Notes: a model not told the origin generated them from the letters alone. DNA of 54,566 nucleotides from Dehalococcoidia bacterium (GCA_041481535.1 JBGPBZ010000003.1:1-54566); one strand, 5' to 3'. Shown: positions 18,749 to 29,108, counted from the stretch's first letter. A program made the numbers and translations.

Positions 18749-20026
18749 ATGGCCGACGTCCGCCCCTTCCGAGCCGTGCGCTTCAATCCAGAGCTGGATG
18801 TGGCCACGGCCGTGAGCCCGCCGTTCGATACGATACCGCCACAGCTGCACAAAGAGCTGTACGAACGCTCGCCGCACAACGCCGTGCGCATCGAGCTCGC
18901 GGAGGGCGAGGGCGACGCGCGATACGAGAACGCCGCTCGCACGCTGCGTGAATGGCTGACCGACGGCACGCTGCGCCGTGACGGGATGCCCGCGTTCTAC
19001 CTCCTCCAGCAAACGTTCTCCTACGGCGAACGCTCGTACACGCGGACGCTGCTGTTCGGGCGGTTGCGCGTGGTGCCGTGGTCCGACGGCAGCGTCCTCC
19101 CGCACGAGCAGACGTTCCCGAAGCACAAGGACGACCGCCTGCGCCTGATGCGCGCGGCTCACGTCAACGCCAGCCCGGTGTTCCTCTTCTACCGGGAGAA
19201 CGCGCTTGTCGAGGGACAACTGAAGATGGCCGAGGCGACGATTCCACCGATCGCGGACTTCGACGCGCCGGACGGCCAGCACTACCGCCTCTTCCGCATC
19301 GACGCACCGATTGATGTTGCGGCGGTTCAGAAGTACCTGGCGGAGGAGACGCTGTACGTCGCCGACGGGCACCATCGCTACGAAACGGCCCTCAACTACC
19401 GGGACGAGGTGCGCGCTCAGCGGCCGAAGTGGACGGGCGACGAGCCGGAGAACTTTGCGCTCGTCGGCCTCGTCGCCGCAGACGACCCGGGCCTGCTCGT
19501 CCTGCCGACGCACCGCTTGGCGTCGGCGGACATTCCTTGGGCGGAGGTGCGGCCGACGCTGGAGAAGCTGTTCGAAGTGAAAGCGTTTACGGGCAGCGGC
19601 GAACAGCTGGCGGCCGAGCTGGCGAAGCACGAAAGCGCGCTCGGGTTCGCGGCGAAGGATGCCGATACGCTGTTTGTGCTGACGCCGAAGGATGCGCAGG
19701 CGATCGACCGGCTGCAGCCGCAAGACCGCAGCCCCGCCTGGCGCGCGCTCGACTACGCGATCTGCGACTACGCAATCGCCCGCGGCGTGCTCGGCCTCTC
19801 CGAGGAGCAGACGAAAGACCAGGGCATCCTCTGGTTCACGGAGGATGCGGTCGAGGCAGTGCGACAGGTGCGTGAAGGCAAGGCACGGTACGCGGTGCTG
19901 CTAAACCCTGTGCCGGTGCATCGAGTGCTGGAGCTAGCGGACGCGGGGGACCGCATGCCGCAGAAGTCGACGTTCTTCTACCCGAAGGTGCCAGCGGGGC
20001 TGGTGTTTAACCTGCTAGAAGATTAA
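18749..20026 (+). CDS. DUF1015 family protein
   Basis: MADVRPFRAVRF, VLPHEQT, YVADGHHRYETA, MPQKSTFFYPKV. Confidence 0.92.
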   Translation: MADVRPFRAVRFNPELDVATAVSPPFDTIPPQLHKELYERSPHNAVRIELAEGEGDARYENAARTLREWLTDGTLRRDGMPAFYLLQQTFSYGERSYTRTLLFGRLRVVPWSDGSVLPHEQTFPKHKDDRLRLMRAAHVNASPVFLFYRENALVEGQLKMAEATIPPIADFDAPDGQHYRLFRIDAPIDVAAVQKYLAEETLYVADGHHRYETALNYRDEVRAQRPKWTGDEPENFALVGLVAADDPGLLVLPTHRLASADIPWAEVRPTLEKLFEVKAFTGSGEQLAAELAKHESALGFAAKDADTLFVLTPKDAQAIDRLQPQDRSPAWRALDYAICDYAIARGVLGLSEEQTKDQGILWFTEDAVEAVRQVREGKARYAVLLNPVPVHRVLELADAGDRMPQKSTFFYPKVPAGLVFNLLED

Positions 20027-20691
20027 GACCTCTCGGCTAGCTGAATGTCCTTACGCGACGTTCTCGTCTCTTGCTGACGCCGAAAAGACAGGCAGCTCCG
20101 CACTCGTCCCAAGAGAGTCGTGTCCAATTGTCTCCATCCTCCGTCAGCCCAGTAGAAGGCGTCGGGGTCTTCACCGACGGCGAAACACAGTTCATAGCAC
20201 TTCACATGTAACTCGTCGGCATGCACGAGGAGTACGCAGCGGTACGTACCAGGAGAGAGAAGCACTCGTACTCCTCCCGCTTCATCGGCGACAGTTGCGA
20301 TACCGTCCGACTCCATCACTGCTACAGGAAAGAACAACCCGAAAGGATTCGAGGGCAGCGCAGCGGTCATGTCGTGCATATCTCTGTAGTCGCCATGAAG
20401 AGCAACTGGGGTGCTATCGATGTATACAGTCCCACTGTCGACGTGGACGATACTCATCAGACAGAAGATCTCGTCAAACGATGAGCGCTTCACGCCAAGC
20501 CACGTTAACGGTGCGAAGTAGACCGGATCGTTCACCAAATCGCAGCGTAGTATTTTGGCCCTTTCCCGTCCTTCGCCCTTAGTCGCGTCGAGTCGCAGAC
20601 GAGGTCTACGAACGAGGCCCCCGACTATTGACCACGCTAACCAACCGATCCCAATGACAGAAGCCGCCAAGCCAATCGCGATGATCGCCAT
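20023..20691 (-). CDS. Hypothetical protein with N-terminal TM
   Basis: 222-aa ORF, visibly lower GC than its neighbours; no motif recognised. Confidence 0.5.
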   Translation of the reverse strand: MAIIAIGLAASVIGIGWLAWSIVGGLVRRPRLRLDATKGEGRERAKILRCDLVNDPVYFAPLTWLGVKRSSFDEIFCLMSIVHVDSGTVYIDSTPVALHGDYRDMHDMTAALPSNPFGLFFPVAVMESDGIATVADEAGGVRVLLSPGTYRCVLLVHADELHVKCYELCFAVGEDPDAFYWADGGWRQLDTTLLGRVRSCLSFRRQQETRTSRKDIQLAERS

Positions 20692-20751
20692 GTGATGAGT
20701 TTACTCTGGTGACGTCACAGAGTGGCGCTGGCTTCGCATCTCCCCACAAAT

Positions 20752-22539
20752 TCACAGCCGCGCCAGCCGCACTCCCACAATTCCCTCAATCTCACGCACG
20801 CGGGCGATCTGTTCCGGCGTCAGCGTGTCGTCCAGCGCCAGCACCATCAGCGCGTTGCCGCTCTTCTCGTGCCGGCCGACGTTCATGTAGCTGATGTTGA
20901 CGCCGAACTCCCCCATGAGGGTGCCGACAGCGCCGACCATGCCGGGACGGTCGCGGTTCTCGCAGAGGAGAAGGTAGCCTTCGCTCGGGGGCACGTCCAC
21001 CCACACCTCGTCGATCGAGACGACGTGCGGGCCGTCAGGCGCGATCGTGCCCGCGACTTCCGTTCGCCCTTCGCTGCCACGCAGACGGACGGTGATCAGG
21101 TTCGAGTAGATCTCGTGGCTCGGGCTGTGGACTTGCTTCAGCTGCATGCCGCGCCGCTCGGCGATGAGGTCGACGTTGACGACGTTCACGTGCTCCACGC
21201 TGATGCCGGCGAGGAGGCCGCTGATTACGGCTGCCCGCAGCGGCGTCACGTCGTGGTGGGCGATGTCGCCCGCGTAGTCGATCTCGACGTCGTTCATCTG
21301 GCCCTTGTGCAGTTGCACCGCCAGCGCGCCGATCTTCTGCGCGACGGGCACGTAAGGCGCGAGGTACTGGTACGTCTCAGGGTCGATCATCGGGGCGTTC
21401 ACGGCCCAGCGCGCGGGCTCGCCGTTCAGAACGGCGACGATCTGCAACGCGACGTCTACGGACACGCGCTCCTGCGCCTCCGCCGTCGATGCGCCCAGGT
21501 GGGGCGTGACGACGACGCCGTCGAGCGCGAACAGCGGGTGGTCGGTGATCGGCTCCTTCTCGAAGACGTCGATCGCGGCGCCGGCTATGCGGCCGGACTT
21601 GATCGCTTCGACGAGGGCGTCTTCGTCGATGATGCCGCCGCGCGCGGTGTTGATGAAGCGCACGGTCGGCTTCGTCTTCGCGATCTCCTCGGCGCCGATC
21701 AGCTTTTTCGTGCCCTCGCTAAGCGTCGTGTGCACGGTGATAAAGTCGGACTCGGCGAGCAGCGTGTCCATCGAGACGATATCGACGCCCAACATCTTCG
21801 CGCGGTCCTCGGGCACGAACGGATCGACAGCGAGCACCCTCATCTCAAGCCCGCGGGCGCGCCGAGCCACTTCCGAGCCGACCTGCCCCAGGCCGACGAT
21901 GCCGAGCGTCTTGTTGCGCACCTCGATGCCGAGAAACTTGCCTCGCTCCCACTTGCCGGACTTCAGAGACGCGTCCGCCGCCGGAATGCGCCGCGCTAAC
22001 GCCATCATCAGCGCAATCGCGTGCTCCGCGGCGGAGGTGGTGTTCCCCGTCGGTGCGTTGACCACGACGACGCCCTTCTCGGTGGCCGCCGCGACGTCGA
22101 TGTTGTCGACGCCGACGCCCGCCCGGCCAACGACCTGGAGATGCGTGGTGGCATCGAGGATGTCGCGCGTAATCTTGGTCTCACTGCGGACGACGAGGGC
22201 GTCGTACCCGTTGACGGCCTTCTTCAGCTCTTCCGGCTTCATGCCTGTCTTTATGTCGACTTCGATGCCCGCATTCTTCAGGATCTCGACGCCGTCTTCG
22301 GCGATAGGGTCGCAGACAAGAATCTTCATCGTGCTCTCCAGGGGAATATGGGACTGCGGGATCTGGGTGATCTCTTGGATCTGATTGCCGAGCCGCTGCG
22401 TGAGCTTCGCCCGGCCATTGAGCACGTCGCTCAGGTGGCGGCTGGTGACGCCGAGGCGCTCCGCCAGGTCTTTGAACTTCCACCCGCGCCGTACGATCTC
22501 AGCCTTGAGCTCGTTCAGGTGGTCGTGCTCGATGGCCAT
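20752..22539 (-). CDS. serA: D-3-phosphoglycerate dehydrogenase (ASB+ACT) with N-terminal XRE-type HTH
   Basis: MKILVCDPI, RAGVGVDNID, GLGQVG, TPHLGAST, ACT domain; 70-aa in-frame N-terminal 'KDLAERLGVTSRHLSDVLNGR'. Confidence 0.93.
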   Translation of the reverse strand: MAIEHDHLNELKAEIVRRGWKFKDLAERLGVTSRHLSDVLNGRAKLTQRLGNQIQEITQIPQSHIPLESTMKILVCDPIAEDGVEILKNAGIEVDIKTGMKPEELKKAVNGYDALVVRSETKITRDILDATTHLQVVGRAGVGVDNIDVAAATEKGVVVVNAPTGNTTSAAEHAIALMMALARRIPAADASLKSGKWERGKFLGIEVRNKTLGIVGLGQVGSEVARRARGLEMRVLAVDPFVPEDRAKMLGVDIVSMDTLLAESDFITVHTTLSEGTKKLIGAEEIAKTKPTVRFINTARGGIIDEDALVEAIKSGRIAGAAIDVFEKEPITDHPLFALDGVVVTPHLGASTAEAQERVSVDVALQIVAVLNGEPARWAVNAPMIDPETYQYLAPYVPVAQKIGALAVQLHKGQMNDVEIDYAGDIAHHDVTPLRAAVISGLLAGISVEHVNVVNVDLIAERRGMQLKQVHSPSHEIYSNLITVRLRGSEGRTEVAGTIAPDGPHVVSIDEVWVDVPPSEGYLLLCENRDRPGMVGAVGTLMGEFGVNISYMNVGRHEKSGNALMVLALDDTLTPEQIARVREIEGIVGVRLARL

Positions 22540-22636
22540 CGGAGCCGAGGTTACGACGGCGTGACGGTTAAGTCAAGAATATCCGGATAAGTACGGACTG
22601 AAACCAACGCCTTTCTTCAGCGTTTATCAGTTCGAC

Positions 22637-23389
22637 ATGCGAAGCATTAGGCGACGGTTGTTGCTGGCGGGCATCACGCTGATCCTCGTTGCAGCGGCGG
22701 GGTGCTTAAGCGTCCGCATCCGTCCGACCCCGACGCCGGTTCAAGTAGACGAGCCCTGCTCGGGCGGCGACGTCGACCCCTGCCGCCCGGCACAGTCCGA
22801 CCTGTACGGCGAAGACGTCTCCGATTGCACCGGCGGCGATCACCCGATCTGCCTCGTGCCGTTGGGCGCCGTGGACGTTGACCTCGTGCACCGGCTCGTG
22901 GACTTCTACCACGACGAATATGACGTGACGCTCCAGGTGATGCACCCGCTCGATCTGGACGAGAATGAGTTTGGCTCGTCCAGGGGTCAGCTGGACGCGA
23001 ACGCGCTGTTCGAGCACATCATCGATGTGGAGGGCGGTGTCCTCAACCAACACGCGCCGAACGCCGCGTTCATCGGCCTGACGCCGTTCGACATCTCCGA
23101 CCGCAGCGATCCCAACAACAACTACGTCTTCGGGCTGAAGGGCGACCCGGCGCCGCACCCGGTCGGCATCATTTCGACCTACCGGATGGACCCGCGCGCC
23201 TGGGGCCTAACAGAAAACGACGACGTAGTCTTCGATCGGCTGGAGAAGATGTTCTCCCGATACGTGGCGATCATGGTCTACAGCCTGCCCCAGAACAACG
23301 ACCCGACTAGCATCCTTTACCGCAACATCGGCGGATTGGACGACCTCGACCGGATTATCGAGCGGCTGCCGACGCCCGCGCCGCGCTAG
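22637..23389 (+). CDS. Putative lipoprotein with archaemetzincin-like fold lacking HExxH
   Basis: Lipobox AAGC; 'ICLVPLG', 'QLDANALF', 'NYVFGL', 'GIISTYRMDP'. Confidence 0.55.
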   Translation: MRSIRRRLLLAGITLILVAAAGCLSVRIRPTPTPVQVDEPCSGGDVDPCRPAQSDLYGEDVSDCTGGDHPICLVPLGAVDVDLVHRLVDFYHDEYDVTLQVMHPLDLDENEFGSSRGQLDANALFEHIIDVEGGVLNQHAPNAAFIGLTPFDISDRSDPNNNYVFGLKGDPAPHPVGIISTYRMDPRAWGLTENDDVVFDRLEKMFSRYVAIMVYSLPQNNDPTSILYRNIGGLDDLDRIIERLPTPAPR

Positions 23390-24177
23390 CCGACGACGGT
23401 TTCGACGACGAGCTTCATGGCGCCGGACGGCGCGGACACTTCGACTTCGTCGCCCGGGACAGCGTTGAGGAGTGCCTTGCCTACCGGGGAGTCGGTCGAT
23501 ATCTTGCCCTGCGCCGCGTTCGCTTCTGAAGGGCCGACGATGTGGTACTCCATCGTCTTCCCCAGCGCCAGGTTCGTCACGCGTACCGTGCAGCCAACGC
23601 GGACGCGGCCGGTGTGCGCGGCAATGTCCACGATGACGGCGCGCTTGAGCATGGCGTCGATCTCTCGGATGCGGGCCTCGATGTGGCCCTGCTTGTCCTT
23701 GGCGGCGTCCAGCGGCGAGTTCTCGCGGAAGTCCTTGTCCAGCATCGCCTTGCGGATGTCTTCACGCACAGCAATGCGCTCGCCCAGCAGTTTCTCGTGC
23801 TCTGACTTGAGCGAGTCGACGCCTTCCTGCGTTAGCTCGACGTTCTGCTGGAGGGCGGCCTGGGAGACGCCAGCGGACTTGCTGCCGCTCTTGCGCAGGC
23901 GCAGGTGGGGCGCCAGGTTCTGCTCCAGCACGCCTTCCTTCTTCAGATAAACGAAAAACGCGCGGAGGACTTCCGCGCGTTTCTGGGTTTCCGGCGTTGC
24001 TGGACCCATCGCCTCGCCGTACGTGGCGACGTCATGCCCTCGAATAATCGAGATGGATTTATCGGAGCCGTACCACCGCTCGAATCGATTGAGCTCCGCC
24101 AATGCGGACCCTCTGCCGGCTCCTTTTATCGTTTCCAGAAACTTGCTGGACGCCTCCGACAGAGTCACGTCAGTCAT
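23386..24177 (-). CDS. greA: Transcription elongation factor GreA with ~100-aa N-terminal extension
   Basis: DKDFRENSPLDAAK, GKISTDSPVGKALL, VEVSAPSG. Confidence 0.9.
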   Translation of the reverse strand: MTDVTLSEASSKFLETIKGAGRGSALAELNRFERWYGSDKSISIIRGHDVATYGEAMGPATPETQKRAEVLRAFFVYLKKEGVLEQNLAPHLRLRKSGSKSAGVSQAALQQNVELTQEGVDSLKSEHEKLLGERIAVREDIRKAMLDKDFRENSPLDAAKDKQGHIEARIREIDAMLKRAVIVDIAAHTGRVRVGCTVRVTNLALGKTMEYHIVGPSEANAAQGKISTDSPVGKALLNAVPGDEVEVSAPSGAMKLVVETVVG

Positions 24178-24232
24178 GATGGGTGAGTCTATGGCTGGCC
24201 TACGTTCATGTCAAAGCTAAGCATACACGCTA

Positions 24233-25144
24233 TTAGCCGTCAGCGGGCAGGCCACGTTCGGGAGTGGTCGTGGGAACGGGCGTCTCCGCAGGAGCGACAG
24301 TTGGTTCCACCGTCGGGCCTTCGGTCGGCTCCTCGGTCACCTGTGGCGTCGGCTCCGGTGTCTCGCCAGTCTCGACGGGAGTCGGAGTCGCCGCTGAAGT
24401 CGCGGCCGGCGACGCATTCAAGTCGAAGCCGAAGCCGCTGGCGACGTCTCGCAGGGTGTCCTTAGCGTCCTGAATCTGACCGGCCAGTTCAGGCTGCTGG
24501 CCAATGACCTCTGTGAGCGCGGAGTCTGCGTCACGTAGCGCCTGTTCTACCTCAGCACGTGAGCCCTGAACTTCGTCCGGTGAGACAGCCGTCAGATTGA
24601 AAGTGGCCGATACGAGTTCGGCGATGTCTGACGGCTGCACTGCTTGACCACGGTCGCGGATGTTTGATGTCGATGCTCGGATGTTTGTCACCGTTGGCGG
24701 GGTCGCCCGCTGGGTCGCCGGCGCCGCCGTTATGTTCTCGACCGTGTCGGGACCACCGGCGCGTCCGCCGTTGCTGAGCATCGCCACGGAGCCAACGGCG
24801 ACCACGAGCACAGCGACTGCTCCCGCCGCGGCGGCGAAGCCGAAGCGGTGGCCCTGCCAGAGGCCCGCGATGAAGCCGGCACGGCGATGACCGTGGGTAA
24901 GCGAGCGTACCTGCCGGCGGGCCCGAGCGTCGGAGAGGAAGCGATGGCGGACGCGCTCCTGTACGTGGGCAGGGGGCTCGACCTTGCTGAAAGACTCGTT
25001 GAGCTGGACGGCGGTGCGGAGAAGCGGCGCGAGTTCGAAAGCGTATGCAGGGTAAAGCTGCAGGCTCTCCTGGATGGAGCGCCTGCCTTCAAGGTATGCG
25101 GTTACGCACTCCTCAAATATCTCCTCAAGCCTTCTCGCGCTCAT
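24233..25144 (-). CDS. Putative anti-sigma factor (single TM, Pro/Thr tail)
   Basis: Overlaps the ECF gene; 'IQESLQLYPAYAFELAPLLRTA' N-terminus, then a TM. Confidence 0.65.
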   Translation of the reverse strand: MSARRLEEIFEECVTAYLEGRRSIQESLQLYPAYAFELAPLLRTAVQLNESFSKVEPPAHVQERVRHRFLSDARARRQVRSLTHGHRRAGFIAGLWQGHRFGFAAAAGAVAVLVVAVGSVAMLSNGGRAGGPDTVENITAAPATQRATPPTVTNIRASTSNIRDRGQAVQPSDIAELVSATFNLTAVSPDEVQGSRAEVEQALRDADSALTEVIGQQPELAGQIQDAKDTLRDVASGFGFDLNASPAATSAATPTPVETGETPEPTPQVTEEPTEGPTVEPTVAPAETPVPTTTPERGLPADG

Positions 25145-25721
25145 AAACTCTTGGTGTCCGCTTTCTTGGGGCCTGGCCCATCATCTCCCGTAGTTTTGCT
25201 ATCGCCTTGTGCTGTATCACCTTTACGTTGCCCTCACCCTTGCCCATCGCCTTCGCCGTCTCAGCGACCGATAGCCCTGCACTAAAACGCAGGGTGATTA
25301 CCTGGCGTTGCGCCTCCGGAAGCTTGGCCGCTGCGGCCATCACTTCGTTCAGCACCAGGCGGTGCTCCACCAGCTCTTCCGGACCGGCCGAGTCGACCGG
25401 GATCCCATCGAGGAGAGGAGCAGACCTGCCGCGGGCGTTCTCTTTACGTCGCTGGCTGATCACCGCGTTGTGTGCGATCCGGAAGAGCCAGGCCGAGAAG
25501 GGGGCCTCGCGCCACTGGAAGCGGTCTAGCGCCTCCAGAACACGCATGAACACCTCTTCGGACAGGTCCTCGGCGTCGTGCGAGTTACCCGTGCGGGCAA
25601 GGATGTAACGATATACACGTGGGAAATAGGTCGAATATAGCTCGGATAGCGCACGCTCATCGCCCGCCTTGGCGGAATCGACTAACTGACGCTCATCCTG
25701 AGCATCGCCGGTTGAGCTCAC
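25125..25721 (-). CDS. ECF RNA polymerase sigma factor
   Basis: AEDLSEEVF, FSAWLFRIAHN, LSVAETAKAMGKGEGNVK. Confidence 0.93.
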   Translation of the reverse strand: MSSTGDAQDERQLVDSAKAGDERALSELYSTYFPRVYRYILARTGNSHDAEDLSEEVFMRVLEALDRFQWREAPFSAWLFRIAHNAVISQRRKENARGRSAPLLDGIPVDSAGPEELVEHRLVLNEVMAAAAKLPEAQRQVITLRFSAGLSVAETAKAMGKGEGNVKVIQHKAIAKLREMMGQAPRKRTPRVYEREKA

Positions 25722-25916
25722 GAGGCCACCCTTCCATCAAGCCCCCCAGGCCGTGGTAGGCGGTTGCCCTCGTAGCTTACCCTATTTACCCCGTCACTCG
25801 ATACAACGCGAGGCAGTGTGGAAAAGTTACCTCGAAAAGGGGCGCCCTCGACGTCTGGAAGCGGGTCTCCAGCCGTATTCACTATGGCGTTTACTCCAGT
25901 GCGATTTGCTATCCTT

Positions 25917-26657
25917 ATGGTGATGAAGACGGGCTGGCTCAAGAAGGCTGACAGGCCTCTCTTGCTGGGCGCTGCCATCAGCGGGATCTCGCTGTTGTTT
26001 ATCAGCATAGCTCTTTTCGCAGTAGTATCGGCCCTAACCGACGATCCTGTCCAGTTGCCCGATCAAGGCTCTATACAGGATATCGTAGGTGGCAACCCCG
26101 CTGACGGCTCTTCTCCCGCACCCGCCGTAGGTACGGAACCGACCCCTCCGAGCGGGCCCCGGCCCACACACATCACGATCTCCCGTGTCTACATAGATGC
26201 GCCGATTATCGAGCTTAACCTGGAGCCGGGGACCGACCTCCCGGCCGTCCCGGGCGAGGGCGACCAAGTGGCCTGGTACGACTTCTCGGCCACGCCCGGC
26301 GTCAACAGCAACGCCGTCTTCGCCGGGCACGTTGACTGGCAGACGGCCAACGGCCAGCCGATCGCGGGCGCCTTCTACCGTCTCCGGGAGCTGGTGATCG
26401 GAGACGAGATCGCCGTGACGCTGGAGGACGGCTCCGTGCTGAAATACCGCGTGACGGGCAACGTCGCCGTGAAGTGGGACGATCCGAACATCGTGAAGGC
26501 GATGGGCCTCACGGACAAAGATGTGCTGACGTTGATCACCTGCGGCGGCACTTGGGAGAAGATCCCCTCGCACGAGAACGGTGGCAACTACACCCATCGC
26601 ATCGTCGTCCGTGCCGAGCGTGAAGCCGACAGCCCGGCTGCCGTTGCCGCCGGTTAG
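25917..26657 (+). CDS. Class F sortase
   Basis: N-terminal TM; AVFAGHVD, LTLITCGG, downstream Arg. Confidence 0.9.
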   Translation: MVMKTGWLKKADRPLLLGAAISGISLLFISIALFAVVSALTDDPVQLPDQGSIQDIVGGNPADGSSPAPAVGTEPTPPSGPRPTHITISRVYIDAPIIELNLEPGTDLPAVPGEGDQVAWYDFSATPGVNSNAVFAGHVDWQTANGQPIAGAFYRLRELVIGDEIAVTLEDGSVLKYRVTGNVAVKWDDPNIVKAMGLTDKDVLTLITCGGTWEKIPSHENGGNYTHRIVVRAEREADSPAAVAAG

Positions 26658-27583
26658 TGGACGGCGCTAACGGCCGCCCGGTCGAAGGCGCGGTCAACAG
26701 CGGGCGCTAGCTCGAGCAGCGCCGAGATAAACGCACCCGAATCGTCGCGACACCGAACGCCCCACCAGTACCAGCCGGCACAGACTATGGAGTGACTTTG
26801 CGAGCCAGCCCCCGACGCCGGCGCGGGTGTCGGCGACTGAGTGGGAGCCTGCGGTGGGGCGTCCGTTGGCGCTGGAGCTGCCTGCTGCGCCGCTGCCGGA
26901 GGCGCCGGAGTCGGGGCAGCCGTTTGTACCGGCGCGGGAGGCGGCGGAGGCGCTGGGGTTGGGGCTGGCGTCGGTTGCGGTGTTGGCGGCGGCGTAGCGT
27001 CGTTCTCTCCGCCGAATTCTGTAGCCCAGTACCAACCGAAGGTGGAGGTCGCGTCGTAAGCCCGGGCGATGCCGATGGCCGTGTAGTGCTCGCCCAGCAT
27101 GTTCTCGTTGTGCGGCGGCGAAGTGCTCCACATGTAGAACGAAGCCGCGGACGTCTCCGTGCCCGCCACCAGGTTCTCGCCGCGCCAGGTGTTGTACGCG
27201 TAGCCCATCTGGTCCATGCGGGCAAACGGGTCGCGGCCGGTGGAATCCTGGTGCGCGAAGTAGTTGTGCGTCGCCATATCGTTCGCCATCCATCCGGCGA
27301 CGTTGTCCAGCGTCGGGCTCTTGGTCAGCGTGCCGAGGCTATGCTGCGTGCGATAGTCGTTGATCGTGGCGAGGAACGTTTGCTCTTCGCTGTCCAACGC
27401 CTGAGCCGTCTTCGGCGTGAGCAGGCCCGCCTGCGCCGTCAGCGCAATCAGCACGCAGATGGGCACAACCAGCGAAAGCCGCGATATATTCCAGCGAAGG
27501 GCCGCAGTCAGCATGTGTTGTGTCTTTGCTCCGGTCGCTTGCCGCTCGGCCCCGAGCGGCCTTACTGTCAGTGCGAGGCCCAT
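26654..27583 (-). CDS. CAP/SCP domain secreted protein with Pro-rich linker
   Basis: INDYR, YFAHQDSTG, GENL, WSTSPPHNENML, YWATEFG; start uncertain. Confidence 0.85.
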   Translation of the reverse strand: MGLALTVRPLGAERQATGAKTQHMLTAALRWNISRLSLVVPICVLIALTAQAGLLTPKTAQALDSEEQTFLATINDYRTQHSLGTLTKSPTLDNVAGWMANDMATHNYFAHQDSTGRDPFARMDQMGYAYNTWRGENLVAGTETSAASFYMWSTSPPHNENMLGEHYTAIGIARAYDATSTFGWYWATEFGGENDATPPPTPQPTPAPTPAPPPPPAPVQTAAPTPAPPAAAQQAAPAPTDAPPQAPTQSPTPAPASGAGSQSHSIVCAGWYWWGVRCRDDSGAFISALLELAPAVDRAFDRAAVSAVH

Positions 27584-27633
27584 TGGCGGGCCCCTCCGTA
27601 GCGTTAGACGACCCCTGTTCAGGGCGGTTACCC

Positions 27634-28347
27634 ATGCACGCGTTCACCGCAGTAGTTAATGAGTTAAGGATGCCGCTGACCGCAGATCAGCTCGCCAAGT
27701 TCGATCTCTATGCCCGGCGATTGCTGGAGGAAAACCGGCGCACTAACCTCACTTCGACGCGCGACCGTGAGGGCGTTTATCGAAGACATTTCGCTGAATC
27801 GTTAGCGATACTTCGACTTCTCGATGAACGCGGTGTCGAGCTATCGCCGGTCATTGACGTCGGCACGGGCGCGGGCTTTCCCGGCCTGCCGATAAAGATC
27901 GCGCGCCCGGAAATCGAGATGACGCTGCTGGAGGCCACCGGCAAGAAAGCTCGGTTCCTCGAGTCGATTGTCGCGGAGCTGGGGCTCGCGGACGTGCGGG
28001 TTGTTCAAGGTCGCGCGGAAGACGTCGCACGCGAGACGGCGCAGCGCGGGGCGTATCGCCTGGTGCTCGCGCGGGCCGTCGCACCGCTGCCGGTCTTGCT
28101 CGAGCTGACGCTGCCGTTCCTCGCAGCGGGGGGCGTTCTCGCCGCGCCAAAGGGTAGTGCACTGCAACGCGAAGTGCGGGCCTCGGCGAACGCGCTCGCT
28201 ACGATCGGCGGTAAGATCGAAGCCACTCTGCCGCTCGAACTGCCCGGCGAGGGGCCGAAGCAGACGCTTGTGATCGTGCGCAAGACAGGCACATCGCCGG
28301 AGCAATACCCACGACGCGCGGGAATGCCCGCTAAACGGCCGCTATAA
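27634..28347 (+). CDS. rsmG: 16S rRNA m7G527 methyltransferase
   Basis: NLTS, HFAESL, DVGTGAGFPGLP, RAVAPL, YPRRAGMPAKRPL. Confidence 0.93.
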   Translation: MHAFTAVVNELRMPLTADQLAKFDLYARRLLEENRRTNLTSTRDREGVYRRHFAESLAILRLLDERGVELSPVIDVGTGAGFPGLPIKIARPEIEMTLLEATGKKARFLESIVAELGLADVRVVQGRAEDVARETAQRGAYRLVLARAVAPLPVLLELTLPFLAAGGVLAAPKGSALQREVRASANALATIGGKIEATLPLELPGEGPKQTLVIVRKTGTSPEQYPRRAGMPAKRPL

Positions 28348-28410
28348 ACAACCTCGGCGCTTCTGTGCTCGACCCGCGAGGCAGTACGCGTATACAATTC
28401 CGGAAAGCAT

Positions 28411-29058
28411 ATGCAACGACGTACTAAGCCGCAGCAGTCCCGCTACGCGAGCGGTGGTTACGCCATGCTCACGGGCTGGCTCGTGCGGCTCGCCAAGCTC
28501 GACTTCTCGGTTTTCGACGACGTCCGCAATGAACGCACGGCGACCGCCAGCGCGATCCTGGTCGTCCTCGGCGCGGGGATCATCGCGGGCTTCGGCTCCT
28601 GGGGCTGGGCGCTGCAGTACGACAAGTACGACGGCCTCGACCCGGCGCCCGTCTTCCTGAAGACGGTTGTCGCCGGTAGCCTGATCCAGCTCGTGATCTG
28701 GTTCGCCTGGGTCTACATCGTTTACCTGCTGACGGCTCGCGGGTTCGGCGCGCAGGTGAGCTTCCAGGAGTTGGTCCGCACAATGGGTCTGGCGTTCGCG
28801 CCGGTCGCCCTCAGCGTCTTCGTCGCAATCGCGCCGCTGGCAGTGCCGTTCGGCGTCTTCTCCCTGGCCATCACCTTCCTCTTCACGAACATCGCCATCG
28901 AGCAGGCCTCTGACCTGAACACGCGGGAGTCTATGCTGGCGAACCTCGCCGGCTTTGGCGTGTTCCTGATCTTCATGGGCGCGGCGGCCAACATCGCAAA
29001 AGCCGGCGCCTTCGGCGGCCTCGCGCCAGGCATCCTTTTCTTCTCGCTGCACTTCTAG
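28411..29058 (+). CDS. YIP1-like membrane protein
   Basis: About 5 TM; 'FDDVRNERTATASAILVV', 'LVRTMGLAFAP'. Confidence 0.65.
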   Translation: MQRRTKPQQSRYASGGYAMLTGWLVRLAKLDFSVFDDVRNERTATASAILVVLGAGIIAGFGSWGWALQYDKYDGLDPAPVFLKTVVAGSLIQLVIWFAWVYIVYLLTARGFGAQVSFQELVRTMGLAFAPVALSVFVAIAPLAVPFGVFSLAITFLFTNIAIEQASDLNTRESMLANLAGFGVFLIFMGAAANIAKAGAFGGLAPGILFFSLHF

Positions 29059-29108
29059 AAGCACCCACTCGCCCAAGATCCAGGCCTCAGTGACAAAGCA
29101 TCTTGCCT

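Noticed and set aside
20722-21999. Long antisense ORFs (also 18665-19723, 39300-40397, 40580-41977, 46353-47369 and others)
   Set aside because: They are shadow frames of high-GC genes on the opposite strand, with no recognisable motifs.
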